A stretch of 64,000 nt of DNA from Longimicrobiales bacterium. GTDB taxonomy: Bacteria; Gemmatimonadota; Gemmatimonadetes; Longimicrobiales; Gaopeijiaceae. The translations under genes were made by a program, and so were the position numbers. The stretch spans positions 2,048,001 to 2,112,000 of the forward strand of contig CBDDCX010000008.1 of assembly GCA_965226375.1 (NCBI GenBank), given 5' to 3'. This document shows, in pieces, positions 40,444 through 48,907 of this stretch; position 1 is the stretch's first letter, and each line of letters opens with the position of its first letter. The notes beneath the pieces were generated by a model. The model did no database searches. It was not told the origin of the DNA and saw only the letters and a list, made by a program, of their open reading frames with translations.

Positions 40444-40773
40444 TCACGCACTGGCCAGCCCCTTCCGCCCGTCGAAGCCCCGGATAGCCTCCAGGTAGAA
40501 ATCCCGGCTCCCTTCCCACGCGCGCGTGCCATCCGCAGTGATCTTGTAGTGACGCTCGCGGATGATCTGGCTGTCGACGATCTCCTGATGGTAGGTGCCG
40601 GCGACCAGTCCCGAGTCCTCGAGCCGCGACATGAGCTGATAAAAGGCGGGGCCGCTCTTCTTTACCCCGAAGCCATTCAGCCGTCCTCGGATCTCCCGCC
40701 CCGGCACGCTCTGCCTCCTCAGAATCCCGACGACGAGAAACTGCAGGTGCGAAAGCCTTGGAACACCGGCCAT
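40444..40773 (-). CDS. PadR-family transcriptional regulator
   Basis: GREIR...SGPAFYQLMSRLEDSGLV...RERHYKITADG winged HTH. Confidence 0.8.
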   Translation of the reverse strand: MAGVPRLSHLQFLVVGILRRQSVPGREIRGRLNGFGVKKSGPAFYQLMSRLEDSGLVAGTYHQEIVDSQIIRERHYKITADGTRAWEGSRDFYLEAIRGFDGRKGLASA

Positions 40774-40803
40774 GTTGACTGGTCCAGTAAAGTAATGTAC
40801 CGT

Positions 40804-40824
40804 TATGTTACTCGATGTGACATA
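40804..40824. promoter_or_regulatory. Candidate PadR operator (imperfect palindrome)
   Basis: TATGTTAC-tcgat-GTGACATA between divergent PadR and DoxX genes. Confidence 0.45.
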
Positions 40825-40846
40825 TCTAAGATGGAGGGATGTCGGG

Positions 40847-41254
40847 ATGGCGTCAACGGAGCGAAGGCGAATGCAAAAGGCCTTAGCCATCGGCGTGTGG
40901 GCTCTGATCGTGTTCGAACTACAGATCGGCCTCACCGGAGTAGCCAAGTTCGGCGATGGGCCGTGGCGGGCGTGGTTCGAGGGATGGGGGTACCCGCCCT
41001 GGTTCCTTCTCGCGATCGGCATAGCAGAGCTCGGAGGGGCAGTGACCCTTATCATGAAGAAATTCGCCAGCTATGCCGCCATGCTGCTCATCGGCATCAT
41101 GATGGGCGCACTGTGGACCGTAACGATCAAGGAGTCACAACTCGGGCCCGACGGTCCGATCATCCACATCGTGATCCTCAGCCTCATCCTCTGGGGACGA
41201 TGGAAGCACCGGTGGCGGCCGGGGAGCATCCATGGAGCGCAGCCGGTCGTGTGA
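40847..41254 (+). CDS. DoxX-family membrane protein
   Basis: GVAKF...FEGWGYPPWF...IGIAELGGAV; 4 TM. Confidence 0.8.
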   Translation: MASTERRRMQKALAIGVWALIVFELQIGLTGVAKFGDGPWRAWFEGWGYPPWFLLAIGIAELGGAVTLIMKKFASYAAMLLIGIMMGALWTVTIKESQLGPDGPIIHIVILSLILWGRWKHRWRPGSIHGAQPVV

Positions 41255-41358
41255 CGAACGAGCGCGCTCCTGCTTCAAGCTTGGGGAACCCACTTCTGGG
41301 GTCCGCGCGTTCGGGTGGGCGAGACACGAAACCAACGCCCGAACGGGCTTCCCGATAG

Positions 41359-41814
41359 ATGGAGTTCTTCGAAATGACGACGCCTGCTTTCACTCTGCCT
41401 CGCACCTTCAAGATGGTCACCCTCATTCTCGCCAGCGCCGCGCTTGTGGCCTGCGACGACGACGCCACCGGAATCGATCGCAACCAAGGCTCGGCCGACG
41501 CCGCCGTCGGTAGTGTCCAGGGACTCGTTACCGCGAACGGCCAGGGGGTCTCCGGCATCGCCGCTCGGTTCAGCCGGGACGGTGTCCCTATCTTGTTGGT
41601 CGAAACCGACGCTGACGGGCGGTTCTTTCTCGACGCGCTTCCGGTGGGCGAGTACGAGGTCGAGTTGCAGACGCTGGGCCGCTTCGAGCTTCCCGCGGAC
41701 GCCGACACCCGTCGCGCGATCACCACTCAATCGGTGTTCATCTTCGGTGGCATCACGGTCAATGTGGATTTCGATCTGTTCGAAAAGGCCGAGGACCTCC
41801 AAAACGGTGGCTGA
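41359..41814 (+). CDS. Lipoprotein with carboxypeptidase-regulatory-like (transthyretin-like) domain
   Basis: Lipobox LVAC; VETDADGRFFLDALPVGEYEV. Confidence 0.7.
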   Translation: MEFFEMTTPAFTLPRTFKMVTLILASAALVACDDDATGIDRNQGSADAAVGSVQGLVTANGQGVSGIAARFSRDGVPILLVETDADGRFFLDALPVGEYEVELQTLGRFELPADADTRRAITTQSVFIFGGITVNVDFDLFEKAEDLQNGG

Positions 41815-42039
41815 GGAACGAGACGCCACGCCGGGCCGTGTAGCGTAAGCGGTCGGCGAGACAAGTCCAGGTCCCACGAGGGGTCGGGCGCCTTAGGCGT
41901 CCGGCCCCTTGTTCGTTGCGAGCGCTCTCCTCCCGTGCTCACACGACCGATGATAGGCCAGTGATACCCCCACGCTACTGTCCGTGACGCTTGCAGCCCC
42001 CCCAGGGCAGCGCACGGATTCCCAGCACCAGGAGAACCG

Positions 42040-42222
42040 ATGAAGACCTTGACGCCAGAACGAATGAGGGACCTGCACGGGATGTGGATCGACGAAGGGG
42101 CCGTGTGCGGTTTCATGGTCGGCGCCGTACTCGGCGCCATCAGCCGCGGCTGGCTCGTACCCGCGGCGTACACCTTCATGTTCACACCCCTGATCTGCGC
42201 CCTCGACTACGGATTGCGGTAA
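42040..42222 (+). CDS. Bacteriocin-like precursor peptide A (60 aa, double-glycine-type leader)
   Basis: AGGAG RBS; MKTLTPERMRDLHG-MWIDEGAVCGFMVGAVLGAISRGWLVPAAYTFMFTPLICALDYGLR. Confidence 0.75.
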   Translation: MKTLTPERMRDLHGMWIDEGAVCGFMVGAVLGAISRGWLVPAAYTFMFTPLICALDYGLR

Positions 42223-42268
42223 TCAGCCGGGCCATACCCCAAGACTCATCCCCAGAAAAGAGACTCAC

Positions 42269-42445
42269 ATGACCGAACTCACCACCACCCAGATGGCCGA
42301 CATCCACGGTATGAAATTCTGGCAAGGATTTCTCTGCGGCATCGGCCTCATCGCCTCAATCGGAATATCGGGCACCCCCGATCCGGTCGTGAGATGGGCC
42401 ATCTACAACGGCACGATCGGTGCCTGCGGTGTGGCATTCTCGTAG
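42269..42445 (+). CDS. Bacteriocin-like precursor peptide B (58 aa; not in ORF track)
   Basis: Manual translation MTELTTTQMADIHG-MKFWQGFLCGIGLIASIGISGTPDPVVRWAIYNGTIGACGVAFS*; same leader length and Cys positions as peptide A. Confidence 0.75.
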   Translation: MTELTTTQMADIHGMKFWQGFLCGIGLIASIGISGTPDPVVRWAIYNGTIGACGVAFS

Positions 42446-42451
42446 GTATTC

Positions 42452-42480
42452 GGGCTGGGCGCCCCCAGGGCGCCCAGCCC
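42452..42480 (+). terminator. Perfect 13-bp stem-loop after the precursor genes
   Basis: GGGCTGGGCGCCC-cca-GGGCGCCCAGCCC, no U tract. Confidence 0.65.
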
Positions 42481-42505
42481 CCCACCCTCTGCTCCGGTTT
42501 ATCGC

Positions 42506-44132
42506 ATGAACGGGGAGTCCAACCACCTCCGTCTAGTCACGCAATACAAGCTGCGCATAGCCCGCCGCCGCCTCGCCGACACGGTGCGCAACACCTTCGA
42601 GGGGAAGGTGGCCCTGATCTTCGTGCTGGCCGCTCCATTCTTGATGAAGGGCATGCTCGTCAAGTCCTCCCTACGGGCCGCGAGCACGAGCCGCGATCTA
42701 GCCCTCGTGATGCTAGTGTGGGCCCACGCCGCGGCCCTGGTCGCGCTCGTACTCGGCGTGATCGGGCACACGGCGCGCGAGCTGACCGTCGAGGACAAGA
42801 AAGAGCCGCTGGCTCTCTATCCAGGTGGGAGGCACGGTCTCGCCGCCTATCACGTCGGGGGATTGGTATCGCGCGCCTGCCTCGGCCTCCTCTTCTTCTT
42901 CTATCTCTTCTTTGGCGCCTTGATTCACGGCTTGACCCCTCGGCCGTTCCTCGTCGTGCCGATGCACCTCATCGCCCACGTGCTGGTGTTCGGCGCCTGC
43001 GGAGTACTGGCCTACCGTGCGACCCTTCGCTGGCTCGAGAGAAGACCCTCCAGAGGCCGAGCTCTGGACGTCGGAGCCGGTATCGGCTCCATCCTCGCGT
43101 TCCTGGCCATGGCAGGATCGGGCATACTCCTGGAAGGACTCGAGCCCACCACGCTGGCACGACTCGGGGTGTGGTTCGACACGGTGGCTGTCTTCTACCC
43201 CCCCCTCGCCCCGCTCGCCCAGCCGTCCGAGCGTCTCCTCGGCCCCACGGTCTGGGTCACCGCAATGGTGGTGACTCCAGTCATCGCCCTGTCGGTGGCC
43301 GGCCGACTAGTGCGAGACCCTAGTCCCCTCCTCTTGGGAGAGGTCGAAAGCCCCGGCGGGACGCAGCTTCGCCGGCAGTTTCCGGACATATGGGCGGTCC
43401 GCCGCCTGTGGCATGGCAGGCGTGCGCCTCTTCTTCGTGAAGGACATCCTCCTTCCCGCCACCCGAAACCCGCACCCCTCTTTCGCCCGACTTTGGTTCT
43501 TGTTGGCCCTCGCAACCATGACGCCTCTGGCAATATGGCAGCTCCGGCGTGAGGGGCGTGTCAGCGAAATCACCGCAGAGGCGGTACTGTGGGGATTGGT
43601 GATGGCGCTGCCGTCGATCACGGCCTACCTGCACGGACTCGGATCGCTCGGCCGGGAGGGTCCGGTACTGGCGCTGATACGTCCGACGCTCCGCCCAGCA
43701 ACGCTCTTCGGCTACAAGTTTGTTCCCGTGTTGGCTGCCATCCTGTTCACCGGCTTGCTCTATGGAACCGTCACGGGGGCCGTCGCCGGCGGGCTAACCC
43801 TTGCCCTCGGACCTCTGCAGGCAGCGAGCCTCGCTGGTCTCTCCGCTGGCGTCGCCAGCGCAAGCGCGGTCGCCGTCGGGTTCCTCTTTCCCGACTTTCG
43901 ATGCCGGAGTTCGCTCGCGAGGGGCTCATCATGGGCGGGGCGACGCCTGTTCGAGGGCCTGGCCGTCTACGGTATAGGGACGGGCGTGGCCTTGCGGGTG
44001 ATGACCCGCACGGGGGTGTTACCGGCCGACCTACTCGTCCGGACCCTGATCATCACGGCCGGCTTTGGTGTGACACTCGCTGTCGTCGTCGCGTTCTTCG
44101 CCCTTCGTCGATTCGCCCATCTGGAGACGTGA
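42506..44132 (+). CDS. Multi-TM putative ABC permease subunit (export/immunity), frameshift near 43350
   Basis: Two overlapping hydrophobic ORFs (42506-43552, 43413-44132) joinable into ~540 aa, directly before an ABC ATPase. Confidence 0.65.
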
Positions 44133-44133
44133 G

Positions 44134-44900
44134 ATGATGGACGCACCGTCGATAAGAATCGAAAGCCTCACCAAGAGCTTCGGCCCGATCCAGGCCGTCT
44201 CCGAGCTGAGCATGACCGTCGACGCCGGTGAAATTTTCTGCTTTCTCGGCCCGAATGGTGCGGGCAAGACAACGACCCTCGACACGATCATGGGTTTCAA
44301 GAGACCCACCTCGGGGGACGTGTTCGTCAACGGCGTGAGTCTTCAAGCACTGAACGTCGAGTCGGCTCGACGTCGGATCGGCTATATGCCCGAGCAACCG
44401 GTGTTGTACGACCATCTCACCGGCCGAGAGTTCGTCCAGTTCATCGGCCAGCTCTACCAAGCGGACCGGGCGTCGAACAGCTGGCTGGACGAACAGTTGG
44501 CTGCCCTGCAGATGAGCCAGGATGCGGACCGCCTGATCAAGGGTGATTCGGCGGGCATGAAGAAGAAGATTTCCTTTCTCGCGGCCCTGGTCCATGAGCC
44601 CGACCTCCTGATCTTCGATGAACCCACCGGAGCGCTGGACGCACCAAGCGCCCGCCTCGTGAAAGATGAGCTCATCGCAGCCCGAGACAGAGGCTCGTTG
44701 GTGTTCTTCACGACCCATATTATGGAGCTCGCGGAACGCCTCGCGGATCGGATCGCCATTATCGATCACGGTCACCTCGTCGCCTCGGGGACGCTTCCGA
44801 ACTCCGGATCGAGCACGGCCGCGAGACCGGCGAGTCACTCGAGAACCTCTTCCTCCGCCTGGTGGGTCGGACGGGGTCGCGGACGGATGAGGGGTCATGA
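44134..44900 (+). CDS. ABC transporter ATP-binding protein, frameshift near 44796
   Basis: GPNGAGKTT, IFDEPTGALD, TTH; corrected tail SELRIEHGRETGESLENLFLRLV ends in TGA overlapping the next ATG. Confidence 0.85.
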
Positions 44901-46144
44901 AGACCTCGGTTCTCCCACGCCTGGTCCGGCGCCTTGTAGGAGCCGTCAACCCGCAGCCCGTCGTGCGGCAGTACGATCGCGTCGATTGCGGCCCGGCCTG
45001 CTTGCTCTCGGTGCTGCGGTTCCACGGTGGCGACACCGGCCTTCCCAGCGTCCGATCCTGGGGTGGTACCGACGCGAACGGCACTAGCCTACTCGGACTC
45101 CACCGAGCCGCAACAGCTCTCGGTTTCGAGGCCCGCGGCGCCACGGGTGATTACCAAGACCTGCTCAAAGAAGAGTTGCCGTGCATCGCCCACGTGGTGC
45201 ATGAGGGAGCTCAACACTATGTCGTCGTCTACGAGGTGCACGACAGTCGGGTGAAGGTGGGCGATCCCGCCCTGGGACTGCGGTGGCTCTCGCGGGCCGA
45301 GTGCGAGCGCTTGTGGAGCCAGCGAGCGATCCTGATCCTGCATCCAGGCCCCAATCTCCGGTCAGAGCCTCCACCTCACTGGTTCGCATGGGTTGTGGGC
45401 CGTATCCGACACGTTCACGGATGGCTGGTACAGTCTGTGTTCCTCGGGGTCATCTACACGGTGTTGGGTCTCGCCACCGCGGTCGTGGTGCAACGGCTGA
45501 TCGACGACTTCATCGGGGAGCGAGACGTGTCAAGGATCCTGTGGGCGGGTGGGTTTCTTCTCGCCTTACATGCGGCTAGAGGGCTCGCCGGATACCTGCG
45601 TCAGCGGTTCTTGGTCGGGCTCGGTAAGCGTGCCTCAAACGCGATCGCGGCGGAACTCCTCGAACACCTGTTTCGGCTTCCCGCCAGCTATTTCGACACC
45701 CGAAGGCGTGGTGACATCATCGCGCGCCTTCAGGACGCCTCACGGATTCAGGCCGCCGTCCTGGAGATTCTGGGGAGCACGACCATCGACCTGCTGATCG
45801 CGACAATGTCCATGGCCGCAGTCTTTTACTTCTCGCCACCGCTGGGCCTGACCGCACTGCTCCTCCTGCTTCCGTGCGCTTTCTTCGCAGGCACCACGAT
45901 GGGACAGATCCATCGGGAGCAGGACGCCGCACTCGGCGCCTACGGGCTGCTGCAAGCCTCGTATGTCGACGCCGTCGACGGTATCGACTCGATCCGTGGG
46001 CTCGGCGTCGGCCGGATCTTCGCCCGAATGAACCTGTCACTCTTTGGTCACTTCCAGACCCGGGTGGAACGGCTGGGGCTGACACGCGCGGCGATCGGAT
46101 TTCAGGTGGAAAACGTAAACGGCGCCATGTTGGCCACCAGCTGA
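44897..46144 (+). pseudogene. Peptidase C39-containing ABC transporter (PCAT), truncated before the ATPase domain
   Basis: QYDRVDCGPACL (catalytic Cys), HYVVVY, VGDPA; membrane domain LPASYFDTRRRGDIIARL; no Walker motifs. Confidence 0.85.
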
Positions 46145-46194
46145 TCTCGATGCTGATGGCACACGTCCTGATCTCGATGCTGATGGCACACGTC
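46141..46194 (+). repeat. 27-bp perfect tandem duplication
   Basis: CTGATCTCGATGCTGATGGCACACGTC x2 at the PCAT breakpoint. Confidence 0.95.
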
Positions 46195-46238
46195 CTGCCT
46201 TATCGTCTTTCCGTGCGGCGCTTGGAGGATTCGTAGCC

Positions 46239-46559
46239 GTGGCCTACGGCACCTTGGTGCGGATGCTGAGGCTCGATCTACTTCCACCGAACGCCCTGAC
46301 GCAGGAAGAGTTGGCCGTGGTTCCCGACTCCCTGGCGGTCGTATTCTCAGGCGCTTGGGCGGACGTCTCCGTCCTCTCCGCATCCTTGAGCGTACTGAGC
46401 CTACACGATGCGTTCTGGCTCGTAATCGTCACTTTTTACCTGGCTGGATTGACGGGTTTCGGGCGCCGACGGGCCTTCACGATCGCTCTGGGCGCATGGT
46501 GCGCCACGGCGCTGGCCAGAGTGGGGGCTGAGGTCTTCGTGACCGGGATGCTCAGCTAG
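46239..46559 (+). pseudogene. C-terminal fragment of a membrane protein (Yip1-like?)
   Basis: Hydrophobic ORF SLHDAFWLVIVTFYLAGLTGFGRRRAFTIALGAW lacking a convincing 5' end. Confidence 0.45.
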
Positions 46560-46650
46560 CCGTCGACCTCCTTGCCCACACCGCGGTCCACCTCTACCGT
46601 GCCCTTCCGCACCAGAAGGTCCGTCACACCTATTGCCCGAGAAACGCGCT

Positions 46651-47103
46651 ATGAGCATCCGAAACGTCACAGCCGTCGCCCTCCTCGCGCTGGCTACTGC
46701 AGCAGCCTCCAGTCTTTCCGCGCAGGACCGGACCTACTACGGCGGGCGATCCCCAGCCGACGGGGACAGCGTGACCCCCTTCAGCGGCGCCGTGCAGGTA
46801 GGCAACACGCTCTATCTCTCCGGAATGCTTGGACTCGAGGGGGGGCAGGTACCGGCCACCGCCGAGGCCGAGGCCAGGAACGTCCTCAACGGCATGCGGA
46901 GTGCTCTGGAAGCAGCGGGAATGACCATGAACGATCTGGTGATGGTGCAGATCTACAGCTCCGATGTCTCGGACTACGGCGCGTTCAACGGCGTATACCG
47001 CACGTACTTCACGACCGAGTTTCCGGCTCGGGCCTTTATCGGTGCCGGTACGCTGCTCTTCGGAGCCCGCTTCGAGGTGCTCGGGGTCGCGGTAAAGCGG
47101 TAA
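46651..47103 (+). CDS. RidA/YjgF family protein with signal peptide
   Basis: PFSGAVQVGNTLYLSG, FNGVYRTYF, FPARA, FEV; signal peptide ending SLSA-Q. Confidence 0.88.
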   Translation: MSIRNVTAVALLALATAAASSLSAQDRTYYGGRSPADGDSVTPFSGAVQVGNTLYLSGMLGLEGGQVPATAEAEARNVLNGMRSALEAAGMTMNDLVMVQIYSSDVSDYGAFNGVYRTYFTTEFPARAFIGAGTLLFGARFEVLGVAVKR

Positions 47104-47263
47104 GACAGCTCATCCCGAGTCTGGGTGCGCCAGGGCTGAACGCTCGACATCCCGCGACACCGACTGCACATTTAGTGGCGCAGGGGAGCGACGTCGGGCC
47201 CGTGGGGGCTCGACACATGGTCCGGGGGATTTCGCACCAGGCCCCTCGCCCAAGGGGCATTGG

Positions 47264-48907
47264 ATGTCGAATCTACAGACACGGTCTAGCGTACGTATCG
47301 GCTCATGGAGTGGACCGAAGGACCACCTTCTCACTACTCCTGAGGAATTGGCCCGAGGCCTGGCTCGTGTAGGCTCCCCCCTCTACGCCGTCGATCACGC
47401 GGAGACCTTCGCGCTCTCCCATGTGGGCCGCGTCGAACTAGGCGGCGACCCTCAGGTGGAGGGTCTGCCTCTTCTGGCGTTGGCTCCTGCCTGCAAGCCT
47501 CAGAGCCTGGGATCGGCCGGTTTCGCCCGGGACCACGGTGTGCGCTTCTGTTATCTCGCTGGCGCCATGGCGAACGGCATCGCCTCGGTAGAGTTCGTGG
47601 AGGCCATGGGCCGGGCAGGTATGCTCTCCTTTTTCGGCGCCGCCGGCCTCGGACCGGGTCCGGTGGAGGACGCCATCGACCACATCTCTACGCGCCTCGG
47701 TGACCTTCCCTGGGGCTTCAATCTGATTCACAGCCCCTACGAGCCCCGATTAGAAGAGGCCGTGGCCGACCTCTATGTGCGCCGCGGCGTGAGCCGTGTG
47801 TCCGCCTCGGCCTATATGGATCTCACCCTGCCCCTGGTGCGTTATCGACTCCACGGAATTCATTCGGACTCGTCGGGTCGGGTGGTGACACCGCACCGGG
47901 TGGTTGCCAAGGTCTCGCGCGTCGAGGTGGCTCGACGGTTCTGCGCGCCGGCGCCGACCAAAATGCTGGCCGAACTCGTTGCCCGCGGAGATCTTACCGA
48001 AGATCAGGCTCGCATGGCGGAATCCGTTCCGGTCGCCCAGGACCTGACCGTGGAGGCCGACTCGGGCGGACACACCGACAATCGGCCCGCGATCGCCCTT
48101 GTCCCGACCATGCTGGCCCTTCGTGATCGGCTTCAGGTGGAGCACGACTACGCGGTACCGTTGCGTGTGGGTTCCGCTGGCGGCATCTCGACGCCACATT
48201 CCGTGGCCGCGGCGTTCGCGATGGGGGCCGACTACGTGATGACCGGCTCCGTCAATCAGGCGTGTAGAGAGGCCGGAACGTCCGATACGGTGCGGCAAAT
48301 GCTGGCTCAGGCGGAGCAGGCCGACGTGACCATGGCGCCCGCCGCAGACATGTTCGAGATGGGCGTCAGGTTGCAGGTCCTCAAGCGTGGAACGATGTTT
48401 CCAATGAGGGCTCACCGCCTCTTTGATCTCTATAGAGCGCATGCGGGGCTCGAAGATATTCCCGACGACGAACGGCAGAATCTCGAACGTACGATTTTCC
48501 GTACGACATTGGACGAGATCTGGAACGAGACACGTGGCTTCTGGGAAGCCCGTGACCCGGATCAGGTCGCCAGAGCCGAGCGCGATCCGAAACATCGGAT
48601 GGCGCTGGTCTTTCGGTGGTATTTGGGGATGTCGTCCCGTTGGGCGAACCGCGGGGAGCCGGGTCGAGAGATGGACTACCAGGTGTGGTGCGGCCCGGCG
48701 ATGGGTGCTTTCAACGAGTGGGTCCGGGGCAGCGTGCTGGAGCCCTGGGAAAATCGTCGCGCAGTAAGCGTGGCTCACAACATGTTGCATGGTGCTGCGG
48801 TCATTACACGGGCGAACGCTCTGCGCAGCCAGGGAGTGGAGTTGCCGGCCGCCTGTGTCGACGTCCTCCCCCGAGAAACAGACGAACTCGAGGAATTGCT
48901 GTCTTGA
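47264..48907 (+). CDS. pfaD: PUFA synthase enoyl reductase PfaD
   Basis: YLAGAMANGIAS, EADSGGHTDNRP, MAPAADMFEMG, DYQVWCGPAMGAFN. Confidence 0.95.
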   Translation: MSNLQTRSSVRIGSWSGPKDHLLTTPEELARGLARVGSPLYAVDHAETFALSHVGRVELGGDPQVEGLPLLALAPACKPQSLGSAGFARDHGVRFCYLAGAMANGIASVEFVEAMGRAGMLSFFGAAGLGPGPVEDAIDHISTRLGDLPWGFNLIHSPYEPRLEEAVADLYVRRGVSRVSASAYMDLTLPLVRYRLHGIHSDSSGRVVTPHRVVAKVSRVEVARRFCAPAPTKMLAELVARGDLTEDQARMAESVPVAQDLTVEADSGGHTDNRPAIALVPTMLALRDRLQVEHDYAVPLRVGSAGGISTPHSVAAAFAMGADYVMTGSVNQACREAGTSDTVRQMLAQAEQADVTMAPAADMFEMGVRLQVLKRGTMFPMRAHRLFDLYRAHAGLEDIPDDERQNLERTIFRTTLDEIWNETRGFWEARDPDQVARAERDPKHRMALVFRWYLGMSSRWANRGEPGREMDYQVWCGPAMGAFNEWVRGSVLEPWENRRAVSVAHNMLHGAAVITRANALRSQGVELPAACVDVLPRETDELEELLS

